Source: Gemmatimonadota bacterium
GTDB lineage: Bacteria > Gemmatimonadota > Gemmatimonadetes > Gemmatimonadales > GWC2-71-9
Direction: 5' to 3'
DNA length: 53,832 nt
NCBI GenBank assembly: GCA_041491545.1
Contig: JBGPVE010000001.1
Span: 1-53,832, forward strand
Shown piece after piece: positions 25,633 through 34,719 of this stretch (position 1 is its first letter; each line of letters begins with the position of its first letter). The notes under the pieces were generated by a model. That model did not search any database, was not told the origin of the DNA, and worked only from the letters and a program-made list of their open reading frames with translations. Both the position numbers and the translations under genes were made by a program.

Positions 25633-27450
25633 ATGATCCAGCAGCCCATTTCCGCCTACGGGCTGATCGGCGACATGCGAACCGCGGCGCTGGTCGGGCT
25701 CGACGGCGCCATCGACTGGTGTTGCCTTCCCCGCTTCGACAGCGGGAGCGTCTTCGGCGCGCTGCTCGATCCGGAGCGGGGCGGCACGTGGTCGATTCGT
25801 CCCTCGGAGCCCTGGACCTCGACCCAGCGCTACCTCGCCCGCACCAACGTGCTGGAGACCACCTTCACCACCACCGCCGGCGCCGTGGTCACGCTGACCG
25901 ACTTCATGCCGGTCACGGCCGACGGCCGCCCGGCCGGGCAGCATCCCGAGATCCATCGTCGGGTGCATTGCACCCGCGGCCGAGCGGATCTCGCCGTCGT
26001 GTTCATGCCGCGCTTCGAGTACGGCTCGCGCACCACGCGGCTGGAGACGTTGCGCGCCGGCATCTTCGCCACCGACCGCGCCGATCAGGTGGTGACCATC
26101 GCGAGCAGCGCCACGCTCGATTGGTCGATCGAGCAGTCGACCGCCGTCGCCGCCTTCCCCCTCGCCCGGGGCGAACAGCGCTGGTTCGTCCTGCGCTACG
26201 ACGACGACGACATCTACCCGGCGGATCGCTACGAAAGCGAGGAGAAGCTCGACGTCACATCCGCCTTCTGGCAGCAATGGGCCGCAGCGGTGCGGTACAA
26301 CGGCCCCTACCGCACGATGGTCAAGCGCTCGGCGCTCGTGCTCAAGCTCCTGACCCATGCGGAGACCGGCGCGATCATCGCGGCGCCCACGACCTCCGTG
26401 CCCGAAACCATCGGCGGCAGCCGCAACTGGGACTACCGATTCGTGTGGCTTCGGGACGCGGCCTTCACGCTCGAGGCGTTGGCGAACGTGGGCCACCAGG
26501 CTGAAGCCGACGCGTTCATGCGCTTCCTCAAGAAGGTCTGCCGGCACGAAGGCGGCGGTCACCTGCAGATCATGTATGGGATCGACGGGCGGCGAGACCT
26601 GGTCGAGCGGCAGTTGGATCATCTGAGCGGCTATCGCAACTCACGGCCCGTCCGCGTCGGAAACGGCGCCGCCGGCCAGTTGCAGCTCGACGTCTACGGC
26701 GAGGTGCTCGCGACGGCGGACATTTGGCGCCGCGACCATCCGATGACCGATGCCACCTGGCGGGTGCTTCGGGGTCTCGTCGATTGGGTGAGCTGCAACT
26801 GGCAGCAACCCGACTCGAGCATCTGGGAGGTCCGGGGCGAGCCCCGACACTACGTTTTCAGCAAGGTGATGAGCTGGGTCGCGCTCGATCGCGGCGTGGG
26901 GATGGCGGAGGATCTCGGGCTCGAGGGGAACCTCGATCACTGGCGTGCCCAACGGGCTGCGCTCCATGCCGAAATCATGGAGCGCGGGTGGAGCGAGACG
27001 CGGCAATCGTTCCTGCAAGCCTACGGTGATGACGCGCTCGACGCCGCGACGCTCACCATCCCGATGGTTCGATTCCTCCCGTGGGACCATCCGCGTGTAC
27101 GGGCGACGGTGCGCGCGGTGGCACGCGAGCTCACCAGCGCCGACGGCGAGCTGGTCTACCGCTATCGCCACCCAGACGGGCTGGAAGGCGACGAAGGCGC
27201 GTTCTCCATTTGCACCTTCTGGCTCGCGCACGCGCTCGCCATGACCGGCGATCGCGATCGAGCCGACCGCGTGATGCGCCGGATGCTGCGCCATGCAAAC
27301 CACGTCGGTCTCTTCTCTGAGGAGATCGATCCCGCCACCGACGAGTTTCTCGGTAATTTTCCGCAGGGGCTCACGCACATCGCGCTGATCAATTGCGCGA
27401 TCGCGCTCGCGCTGGCGGGTCGGGAGGAGAAAGTGAAGCGCCCCGCCTGA
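25633..27450 (+). CDS. Glycoside hydrolase family 15 (glucoamylase/trehalase-like)
   Basis: GH15 motifs are YGLIGDMRTAALVGLDGAIDWCCLPRFDS, NWDYRFVWLRDAAF, SIWEVRG and FSEEID. Start at ATG 25633 is preceded by AAGGAAG. Confidence 0.9.
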   Translation: MIQQPISAYGLIGDMRTAALVGLDGAIDWCCLPRFDSGSVFGALLDPERGGTWSIRPSEPWTSTQRYLARTNVLETTFTTTAGAVVTLTDFMPVTADGRPAGQHPEIHRRVHCTRGRADLAVVFMPRFEYGSRTTRLETLRAGIFATDRADQVVTIASSATLDWSIEQSTAVAAFPLARGEQRWFVLRYDDDDIYPADRYESEEKLDVTSAFWQQWAAAVRYNGPYRTMVKRSALVLKLLTHAETGAIIAAPTTSVPETIGGSRNWDYRFVWLRDAAFTLEALANVGHQAEADAFMRFLKKVCRHEGGGHLQIMYGIDGRRDLVERQLDHLSGYRNSRPVRVGNGAAGQLQLDVYGEVLATADIWRRDHPMTDATWRVLRGLVDWVSCNWQQPDSSIWEVRGEPRHYVFSKVMSWVALDRGVGMAEDLGLEGNLDHWRAQRAALHAEIMERGWSETRQSFLQAYGDDALDAATLTIPMVRFLPWDHPRVRATVRAVARELTSADGELVYRYRHPDGLEGDEGAFSICTFWLAHALAMTGDRDRADRVMRRMLRHANHVGLFSEEIDPATDEFLGNFPQGLTHIALINCAIALALAGREEKVKRPA

Positions 27451-27465
27451 GGCGGGGCGCTTCAC
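27433..27465. terminator. Perfect 15-bp inverted repeat with 3-nt loop between convergent genes
   Basis: GTGAAGCGCCCCGCC-TGA-GGCGGGGCGCTTCAC, read directly. The loop is the GH15 stop codon. The repeat sits between the convergent genes ending at 27450 (+) and 27493 (-). Confidence 0.6.
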
Positions 27466-27492
27466 CATGTATCGGCCCGATGAAACCGGCGA

Positions 27493-27888
27493 TTAACGCC
27501 GCCGCCGCCCGCCGCGATTCTTCTTGGTTGCCTTCTTCGCGCTCTTCCTTGCCGGGCGCCGCGCGGCTCGCTTGGCCGGCCGCCGGGCGCTCTTCTTGGC
27601 CGCCTTCTTGGGACGACGCTTGGCGGCCTTCTTGGACGATTTCTTCGCGGCCTTCTTCACGCTCTTCTTCGCGGCCTTGGTCGGCGCGCGCTTGGCCGCC
27701 TTCTTGGCGGCGGGACGAGGGGCCGCCTCGGGACGTTTCGGAGCGACTGGCCGCGCGGCAACAGGGGCGGGAATCGGGGTGGCAACGGGAGCGGGCGCCG
27801 GATGCGGCGCGGGTTCGTTGGACAGTGGCAACGGATCCATCCATCCGGAGCCGGACCAGCCCATTTCCATATTGTGCAGCGCGGCCAT
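27493..27888 (-). CDS. Histone H1-like Lys/Ala-rich basic protein
   Basis: ATG 27888 follows a strong GGAGGAAG SD. The N-terminus is Pro/Ala-rich. The C-terminal half is AAKK/KKAA repeats ending GGRRRR. Confidence 0.7.
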   Translation of the reverse strand: MAALHNMEMGWSGSGWMDPLPLSNEPAPHPAPAPVATPIPAPVAARPVAPKRPEAAPRPAAKKAAKRAPTKAAKKSVKKAAKKSSKKAAKRRPKKAAKKSARRPAKRAARRPARKSAKKATKKNRGGRRRR

Positions 27889-28065
27889 ATATGCTTCCTC
27901 CGAACGAGGATGCGGCGCGAGACCCGCCGCCGGTATCGAGGCGCCAGCGCGCCTACCCCAACTGCAAATATAAACAACTTGAGCAGATCGGGGCCTTCTG
28001 CAAGCTGCGGGCTCCGACCTATCTTTACCGCCATTCGACGCCTCCGACATGACCCGATCCCCACG

Positions 28066-30279
28066 GTGAGAGCCCCATCGTTCGGCTGGGCGCGCTGCAT
28101 CTGCGCCGCGCTGCTCTTGGTCACCCCTGCGCACCGGCTGGCCGCCCAAGCGGTGGCCGAGGTGCAGGTCACGCCCGAGACCATGACCCTTGCCGTCGGT
28201 CAAAAGCAGACGGTCTTCGCCGCCGGCTTCGACAAGCAAGGCAACCTTATCCCCAACGCGCGCTTCACCTTCTGGAGTTCGGACTCGTCCGTCGTTCGGG
28301 TCCAGCGCGACGGCACGGTCATCGGTCTCAAGCCGGGTCTCGCCAAGGTCGAAGCGAGGGCCCAGAACGCCCGCGCGTCGCTCGCCGTGCTCGTGGCGGA
28401 AGCCGGCGCGGTGGCGAGCAGCCCATCGGGTTCGGCCCGCCCGCTCGCGGCACTCACGCTCGACCCTGCGACCCTCCAGCTCATGCCCGGCGAGACCGTT
28501 CGGCTCAATGCCCAGGCGCTCCTCGACGACGGCACGCCCGCTCAGGCTGGCCGGATTCTGTGGAAGTCGCTCCGGCCCGAAATCGCCGCGGTGGATTCAG
28601 CCGGCAACGTCTCGGCCCGCGCCCCCGGTCGCACCGTGGTGCAGGCGAGTGCCGGCGGCGTCATGGCGACCGCCGGGATCGAGGTGGACGGCGCGGAGGC
28701 GGTATTGTCGAAGACCCGGCTCGTCATTCCGGCCGGCAGCTTCGATACTCTGCAACTGGTGGTGCCCTCCCAGGGCAATCGGCCACTCGCCTCCGGCGTG
28801 GTGTGGCGCTCGACCGACTCAAACGTCGTCCGCGTCGGCTCGACCGGCATCGTGCAGGCCGTGGCTCCGGGAACGGCCGAGGTCTTGGCCACCGGGTCGT
28901 TCCCGGACCGTCACGCGACGGTCGTCGTGCACCAGGTGCCCAGCTCGCTCGGCCTCACCCCCAGCGCGGCGGGCGGGCCCATCCCGATCCCCTTGAACGA
29001 GACCCGCGCCTTCTCGGTCGTGGCCCACGCGGCGGACTCCACGCCGATTGCGGAAATTAGGATCCACTGGGAGGTGGGGGATAGCGCCATCGCCGCGTTC
29101 GACCCAACCACCGGAACGCTCAGAGCCAAGGCGCTCGGCGCCACCAGCCTCACGGCCAAAGTGGCCGGTCTCCCACCGGCGAGCTGGGCGATCACGGTGG
29201 TTCCGGGCACGTTGCGCTTGGAGCGTTCGCGGACCAGCTTATCGCCGCGGGAGCGCACTGTCGTCGGAGCGTCGCTGATTGACGACCGGGGGCGTGTCAT
29301 CGGTCCCGCCGCCGGGCTCACCTGGCGCTCCGATCGCGCCGACGTCGCGACGGTCGATGCCCAGGGATCGATTCAGGCTGCGGGGCTCGGCCATGCGACG
29401 GTGAGCGCAACCACCGCCTGGGGAGCCACCGCCAAGCTCGACGTGTACGTCGTCGGCGAGCTTTTGGCGGCGTCGAGCCGGGCGGGGAAGCTCGGCATCT
29501 ACCAGGCTTTGGCATCGGTGCCCGACAGTCTCATTCCGGTCCTGGTTGACAGCGCGACGAACCGGGAGCCCGCGTTCTCCCCGGACCGCACCAGGATCGC
29601 ATTCAGCTCCAACCGCGCCAAACTCGATGGCAACTACGACCTCTACGTGATGAGCGCCGACGGAAGCAACGTGCAGCGCCTGACCACCGAGGCCGGCACC
29701 GACGGCGAGCCCGCGTGGACCCCCGATGGCACGCGCATCGTGTTTACCTCGGCCCGGGGCGGGGTGCCGCAGATCTTCCTGCTGCCTGCCGAAGGCGGCG
29801 ACGCCGTCCCCCTCACGGCATTGCCGACGGCCAACTACTCGCCCATCGTGGCGCCCGACGGGCACGCCATCATGTTCGTCTCGCTTCGGGATGGCGGTCC
29901 CCGGATCTATCGCATGGGCCTCGACGGCTCGGGGCAGACGCGGGTGACGACCGGCGGCCAGCGCGAGATCTGCCCGCGGTTCTTCGCCAATGGGGATCTG
30001 GCGTACGGCGTCGAGCGGAGCAGCGGCTCCCGCGAGTGGCGCATCGTCCGGAGCACACCCGGGGTCGGCGCCGTCGCGCTCTTTCAGACCGAGCAACCGC
30101 TCGTCACCTTCACGCCTTCGCGCGACGGGTATCGGATACTCTACGTCACCAGCCGCCAGATGAACGGAAATCAGCCGCGGGTGGAGTACCGCGCGTTTCT
30201 ACGCTCGCTGACGTTGGGTGCGGTGCCCGTGCCGCTCAAGCTTCACCCCGGCGAGCAACTGCCGAGCGTGTCCTTCTGA
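28066..30279 (+). CDS. Secreted protein with multiple Big_2 (Ig-like) domains plus a TolB-like beta-propeller
   Basis: GTG start gives a signal peptide (CICAALLLVTPAHRLAAQA). Repeated Ig-like units carry (V/L)xVxPxxxxLxxGxxxxL and SSDxxVAxV patterns. The C-terminus has PD40-type repeats (EPAFSPDRTRIAFSS, GEPAWTPDGTRIVFTS, YSPIVAPDGHAIMFVS). Confidence 0.8.
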   Translation: MRAPSFGWARCICAALLLVTPAHRLAAQAVAEVQVTPETMTLAVGQKQTVFAAGFDKQGNLIPNARFTFWSSDSSVVRVQRDGTVIGLKPGLAKVEARAQNARASLAVLVAEAGAVASSPSGSARPLAALTLDPATLQLMPGETVRLNAQALLDDGTPAQAGRILWKSLRPEIAAVDSAGNVSARAPGRTVVQASAGGVMATAGIEVDGAEAVLSKTRLVIPAGSFDTLQLVVPSQGNRPLASGVVWRSTDSNVVRVGSTGIVQAVAPGTAEVLATGSFPDRHATVVVHQVPSSLGLTPSAAGGPIPIPLNETRAFSVVAHAADSTPIAEIRIHWEVGDSAIAAFDPTTGTLRAKALGATSLTAKVAGLPPASWAITVVPGTLRLERSRTSLSPRERTVVGASLIDDRGRVIGPAAGLTWRSDRADVATVDAQGSIQAAGLGHATVSATTAWGATAKLDVYVVGELLAASSRAGKLGIYQALASVPDSLIPVLVDSATNREPAFSPDRTRIAFSSNRAKLDGNYDLYVMSADGSNVQRLTTEAGTDGEPAWTPDGTRIVFTSARGGVPQIFLLPAEGGDAVPLTALPTANYSPIVAPDGHAIMFVSLRDGGPRIYRMGLDGSGQTRVTTGGQREICPRFFANGDLAYGVERSSGSREWRIVRSTPGVGAVALFQTEQPLVTFTPSRDGYRILYVTSRQMNGNQPRVEYRAFLRSLTLGAVPVPLKLHPGEQLPSVSF

Positions 30280-31316
30280 TGCGCGCGCTCGCGCTCGAGG
30301 GCACCGGCGGGCTCAAGCACCTCTCCGTGCGGGAGGTGCCGACACCGGTCATCACCCGCGCGAACGACGTCAGGATCCGGGTTCACGCCGCGGCGATCAA
30401 CCATCTGGATCTCTTCGTGGCCGGCGGTCTGCCCGGCATGGAGTACACCTTTCCCCACGTGATCGGTTCCGATGGCGCTGGTGTCGTCGAGTCGATCGGC
30501 CCCGCGGTGCGGTCGGTCGCCGTCGGCGATCGGGTCATGGTGAACCCCGCTATCTCTTGCGGCGCCTGTCAGTCTTGCCTCGAAGGGGAGGAGTCGCTCT
30601 GCCGGGAATTCCGGGTCCTCGGCGAGCATTTGCCCGGCGCCATGGCCGAATATGTGGTGGTCCCCGAGGAGAATGTCGCGCCCGTGCCCGACGCGATGCC
30701 GTGGGATCGTGCCGCCGCCTTCTCGCTCGCCACGCTCACGGCCTGGCGAATGCTCACGACCCGGGCCACCCTCCGCCCGGGTGAGACGGTGCTGATCTGG
30801 GGCATCGGCGGCGGCGTCGCTCAGGCGGCGCTCCAGATCGCCAAGCTCCTCGGCGCCTATGCGATCATCACCAGTGGATCGGACGCCAAGCTAGAGGCCG
30901 CCCGCGCGATGGGCTCGGATGCGGAGTTGAATCACGCGCGCAGCGACGTCGTGGCTGAAGTGCGGCGCCTCACCGGCGGGCGCGGAAGCGATGTCGTAGC
31001 GGACTCGGTGGGCGAGCGGACCTGGCAGGCTTCGCTCCGCGCGCTCCGGCGCGGTGGGCGGCTCGTCGTCTGCGGCGCCACGACCGGCCCGATGGTCAAC
31101 ATCGATTTGCGCCGCCTCTTCTGGCATCAGTGGACCATCTTGGGATCCACGGCGGGCAGCCGCCGTGAATATCGTGATATTGTGCGACTGGCCGGCCTCG
31201 GCCGGCTGTGGCCCGTGGTCGACCGGACTGTGCCGCTCGATCGAGCGGTGGACGCGCTGGCCCGCCTGGCCGGCGGCGAGCAGTTCGGCAAACTGGTAAT
31301 CGAGGTGACCCCGTGA
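30279..31316 (+). CDS. Zinc-type alcohol dehydrogenase / MDR-superfamily oxidoreductase
   Basis: MDR motifs are GSDGAGVVESIG, CGACQSCLEGEESLC and VLIWGIGGGVAQAALQIAK. Its ATG overlaps the upstream TGA by 1 nt (TGATG). Confidence 0.85.
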   Translation: MRALALEGTGGLKHLSVREVPTPVITRANDVRIRVHAAAINHLDLFVAGGLPGMEYTFPHVIGSDGAGVVESIGPAVRSVAVGDRVMVNPAISCGACQSCLEGEESLCREFRVLGEHLPGAMAEYVVVPEENVAPVPDAMPWDRAAAFSLATLTAWRMLTTRATLRPGETVLIWGIGGGVAQAALQIAKLLGAYAIITSGSDAKLEAARAMGSDAELNHARSDVVAEVRRLTGGRGSDVVADSVGERTWQASLRALRRGGRLVVCGATTGPMVNIDLRRLFWHQWTILGSTAGSRREYRDIVRLAGLGRLWPVVDRTVPLDRAVDALARLAGGEQFGKLVIEVTP

Positions 31317-32032
31317 ACGAGTTACGCGAGCGTCTCATGGCGGGCGCCCAACAGATCGGCAGCGTCCTCCCCGCCATTCTCGGGGCGACGCTCATTCTCG
31401 TGACTGGGTATTTCCTCGCGCGGCAAGTGCAGCGCTGGGTGGACGAGACGCTCAAACGGCTCGACTTCAACCGGGTGGCGGCCGCGGGAGGACTCGATCA
31501 GGTGGTGGAGCGCACCGGCTCCCGACTCGATCCGATTCGCGCGCTGGCCAAGTTGATCTTCTGGCTGGTGATGCTGGTCGTGATCCTGCTGTCCAGCGCG
31601 GCGCTCGGCCTGGAGAGCATCAGTCAGATGTTCGGCACGATGCTCGCCTTCATTCCCACGCTCATCGCCGCCATCGTGATCGTGATCCTCGGCATGATCG
31701 TAGGGGATTTCGTGCGCGGATTGATCGTGGCGTCCGCGGGGAACGTGGCGGGGGTCCCGACCGTGGCCAAGATGGCCAAGGGCGCGGTCATCCTGATCTC
31801 GGTGTTCATGGCGCTGCAGCAGGTGGGTGTGGCGGAGGAGATCGTTACCTCGGCGTTCACCCTGAGTTTGGGCGCCGTGGCGCTCGCGGTGGGCTTGGCG
31901 TTCGGGTTGGGCAATCGCGAGCTGGCGGGTCAGATCACGCGGCGCTGGTACGAGCAAGGACAGCGGCGCGACCGGCGGCGGACCGATCGCCCGGGGAGCT
32001 CGCCGCCGGACGATCCTCCGATCCTGGACTAG
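31313..32032 (+). CDS. Membrane protein with conserved-TM-helix repeats (MscS-N-terminal-like)
   Basis: GTG start in a GTGA overlap with the upstream stop. Repeated TM helices are followed by amphipathic segments. The family assignment is from memory. Confidence 0.6.
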   Translation: MNELRERLMAGAQQIGSVLPAILGATLILVTGYFLARQVQRWVDETLKRLDFNRVAAAGGLDQVVERTGSRLDPIRALAKLIFWLVMLVVILLSSAALGLESISQMFGTMLAFIPTLIAAIVIVILGMIVGDFVRGLIVASAGNVAGVPTVAKMAKGAVILISVFMALQQVGVAEEIVTSAFTLSLGAVALAVGLAFGLGNRELAGQITRRWYEQGQRRDRRRTDRPGSSPPDDPPILD

Positions 32033-32053
32033 TGATCTAAGACCGCGCCTCGG

Positions 32054-33148
32054 TCACTGCTCCTTGAATCTACCCACCGTTTTTCGATCGCCTTCCTTGA
32101 TGCTTCCGTAGATGGCGCCGCCGCCGCCGAAGCCGGCGAGCGTCACGCCGGCGGGAAAGACGACGGCCCGCTTCCATCCGCCGTCAGGCCCGAAGACATC
32201 GTAGATCAAGTCCTTCGCGTCGGCCGGCTGCGGGCGTTGTAGCCAGACCTCACCAGCTGGGCTTCCCATGGCCGACTCGAACGGCGGCTTGTGATCGGCG
32301 AATGGCCACTCGAGATGGATGCTGTCGGGTAGGCCGCGGCCCTTGCCGTGCTCGCGAATGCGTGCGATGACCTTCGCCTTGTCGGCGTCGGTGACCGGAA
32401 GCTTGTCGTAGTTGTGCGACTTACCGCGAATCCATATGCCGCCCGGTCCCCGCCAGTCCACCCGATTCTCTCGCCCGCGGGCGACCCAGACTCGGCCATC
32501 CGGAAGCACGCCGAACAGATCGTTGGGCGAGAAGATCTTGGCGACCTGTTCGCCCTGCTCACCGAACTTGGCGTCGCCGAACTCGGGTGCCGCCAGGTTG
32601 GCCACCGTGTCGGTGCGGCCGCTGGCAAGCTGGATACGCAGGACCGCCACGCTATCCGGCCGCAGAGACCGACCGGGTTCGCCGCCGCCGAGGATCGCCT
32701 GGTAGTCGGTCTTGTAGCCGAAGCCCGAGCGATCGTAGGAAAGGACCGGCGTCTCGCCGCCAACCGGCGGAATCACGAGCGATGCCAGCGGTTGACCGTG
32801 CTCGTTCCACAGCGTGGTGCGGACGGCCGCGAAGTCGACGAGGACCAGGGTGTCACCGCCCAGGTGCGCCACCCACCCCGGGAATTTGTACACCGAGGCG
32901 GCCGCATCGCGCGGCATGCTGTCGACGCGGGCGCCGATCGTATCCACCTTGCCGCTCTTGAGGTCGCCCGTCAGGAACAGCCGATCCCTGGTATCGGCGA
33001 ACGCCACTCGACCGTCGGCCAACTCCACGACGTTGCTCACCTGAGCGAAGGTGGCGGGAAGCTTGGCCTGGAGCACGATACTCGGCTTCTTCGCGCAGGC
33101 GGCGCTCGCCAGGAGCGCAAGGAGGCAGAACCGCTTTACACCGTGCAT
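32054..33148 (-). CDS. Hypothetical lipoprotein, paralog A
   Basis: The start is trimmed to ATG 33148. Lipobox LLASAAC-AK. It shares blocks with the upstream neighbour (FSPNDLFGVLPDGRVWVARGRENRVDW versus FSGSDLWGVLPDGSAWVARVYQNRVEW). Confidence 0.6.
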   Translation of the reverse strand: MHGVKRFCLLALLASAACAKKPSIVLQAKLPATFAQVSNVVELADGRVAFADTRDRLFLTGDLKSGKVDTIGARVDSMPRDAAASVYKFPGWVAHLGGDTLVLVDFAAVRTTLWNEHGQPLASLVIPPVGGETPVLSYDRSGFGYKTDYQAILGGGEPGRSLRPDSVAVLRIQLASGRTDTVANLAAPEFGDAKFGEQGEQVAKIFSPNDLFGVLPDGRVWVARGRENRVDWRGPGGIWIRGKSHNYDKLPVTDADKAKVIARIREHGKGRGLPDSIHLEWPFADHKPPFESAMGSPAGEVWLQRPQPADAKDLIYDVFGPDGGWKRAVVFPAGVTLAGFGGGGAIYGSIKEGDRKTVGRFKEQ

Positions 33149-33191
33149 CGAATCGATCCTCCAAACCGAAGGGCGCCCCGCGAGAGGCGGA

Positions 33192-34283
33192 TCAACGAGC
33201 GGCCGTTGCCGCGGGGAGCGTAACCTGCATGAGCCGTAAGTGGTCGCCGTCGGGCTCCACGGCCAGTGCCGCGGAACCGGTTGCCGCCAAGATACGGGCG
33301 GGACCGCGGATCCGGATCTCCCGGAGAAGCCGGCCGGCCCGATCCACGACATGATAGCTGCCGGCCGAATCCACGATGGATCGGCTCTTCTCGAGCCATA
33401 CCAAACCGTCCGCGCCGGTGAACCCGGCGGTGAATGGTGGCTTGATCGCCGCGAACGGCAACTGCTCCGCCGTGCTTCTGAGCTCCGGTGGAAAGGAGCG
33501 CACGAAGAGCTCCCGGTCGGCGCGGGACACCTCGAGAACGCGATCGGGCAGCAGATCGCCCCGCGTCACGCGCCCGGTGGGGTCGTGCCACTCGACCCGG
33601 TTCTGATACACCCGAGCCACCCACGCCGAGCCATCCGGCAACACGCCCCAGAGATCCGAGCCGCTGAACACGCGACGCTCGAAGCGTTGACCGGCCTCAC
33701 TCTGGACCAGCGCGACGTCAGCCGGCGCGAGCCGCAATAGAGTATCGATGCGGGAGAAGTCCGATGCAGTGCGCAGCACCGAAGCCGAGTCGCGATTGCC
33801 GCTGCCGTCGGGTCCGGCAGCCGGCGTCACCGGCACATAGAATCGTCCTTGGGCGTCCCGGGCCCGCGGCAGTGCGCCGTGCGTGGCCTCGGGGGCGGGA
33901 ATCGTGCGGCCGAGCCGCCCATCGAGTCCCCACACCGTGAGGCGACGCAGTCCCCAGTCCGCCACATAGAGCGAATCCGCCGCCCGGAATGCGGCGAATG
34001 GGTTCTGCAGCAGCTTTCGCCCAGCGCCGGCGAACGGCGACAGGGTTCGCGGCCGGAAGCTTACCAGGCTCGCCGCGCTGCCCCCCTCCGAGACGATCGC
34101 CCAGCGGTCCGGCCCGATCCAGACTGCGCCGGCCACATCGTGAAATGGGGCGCTGACCGTGTCGGTCGCTGGCGGGAGATAGACCGTGGGTGCCGGCGGC
34201 TTCGGGGCGCGGCAGGCGGCGAGAACCACGATGGCCCCAACCGCGCGCGCCCGCGCAGCGCCGGGGTGCCTGGGGACAAACAT
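33192..34283 (-). CDS. Hypothetical lipoprotein, paralog B
   Basis: The start is trimmed to ATG 34283. Lipobox VVLAAC-RA. It is colinear and similar to paralog A (KPPFTAGFTGADGLVWLEK versus KPPFESAMGSPAGEVWLQR). Confidence 0.6.
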   Translation of the reverse strand: MFVPRHPGAARARAVGAIVVLAACRAPKPPAPTVYLPPATDTVSAPFHDVAGAVWIGPDRWAIVSEGGSAASLVSFRPRTLSPFAGAGRKLLQNPFAAFRAADSLYVADWGLRRLTVWGLDGRLGRTIPAPEATHGALPRARDAQGRFYVPVTPAAGPDGSGNRDSASVLRTASDFSRIDTLLRLAPADVALVQSEAGQRFERRVFSGSDLWGVLPDGSAWVARVYQNRVEWHDPTGRVTRGDLLPDRVLEVSRADRELFVRSFPPELRSTAEQLPFAAIKPPFTAGFTGADGLVWLEKSRSIVDSAGSYHVVDRAGRLLREIRIRGPARILAATGSAALAVEPDGDHLRLMQVTLPAATAAR

Positions 34284-34394
34284 GGGCAGAATGTAACCGC
34301 CTGCCTGGGGGACGGCGCAACCAAAACGTCGTTTGAGGCGTCTCAGAGATGATTGCGCGATTGTCTCTGGTGCACGATCACGCGGGAAGAGCGG

Positions 34395-34583
34395 ATGGTC
34401 GATGGAGCGCGGAAGGCCGCAGCGGGGTATCAGGTGTTCGACGGCGACGGACGCCCGATTGGTCGCGTGCTCGATCCGAAGGAGCCTCGCTTCGTGGGAA
34501 GGCACGTCGGGACCGTCTTGTTGGTCCGGGAGGGCGGAGCAGCATCATCGGCTCGGCCGGCGGCCTGGGTCGAGCCCGATTAG
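34395..34583 (+). CDS. Possible small protein (62 aa)
   Basis: The ATG is internal to track ORF 34353-34583. Third-position GC bias looks coding-like. No recognisable family. It could be non-coding leader sequence. Confidence 0.25.
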   Translation: MVDGARKAAAGYQVFDGDGRPIGRVLDPKEPRFVGRHVGTVLLVREGGAASSARPAAWVEPD

Positions 34584-34719
34584 GCGTCACTAAACACTTA
34601 TCCCATAATACTTTAAGAATACCTACCAGGGTTGCATCCCACGCCCGGCCGGGACTATATTTCGGGGTTCCCCGGCCGAGGACCCGCGGCCGGTTGTCTG
34701 CCCTAGCATCCGACCGCTC

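Noticed and set aside
25516-26622. N-terminal 369 codons of track ORF 25048-26622
   Set aside because: This part is antisense to the GH15 gene and has no signal or motif. The real product begins at ATG 25515 with a lipoprotein signal.
27493-27760. Highly repetitive DNA (gccttcttggc / cttcttcgcgg units), which could be mistaken for a tandem-repeat or CRISPR-like array
   Set aside because: The periodicity is codon-level and encodes AAKK/KKAA repeats in an ORF with a strong SD. There is no repeat-spacer organisation.
27802-28065. N-terminal extension of the Big_2/TolB ORF
   Set aside because: It overlaps the H1-like gene and its promoter region on the opposite strand. GTG at 28066 yields a proper signal peptide.
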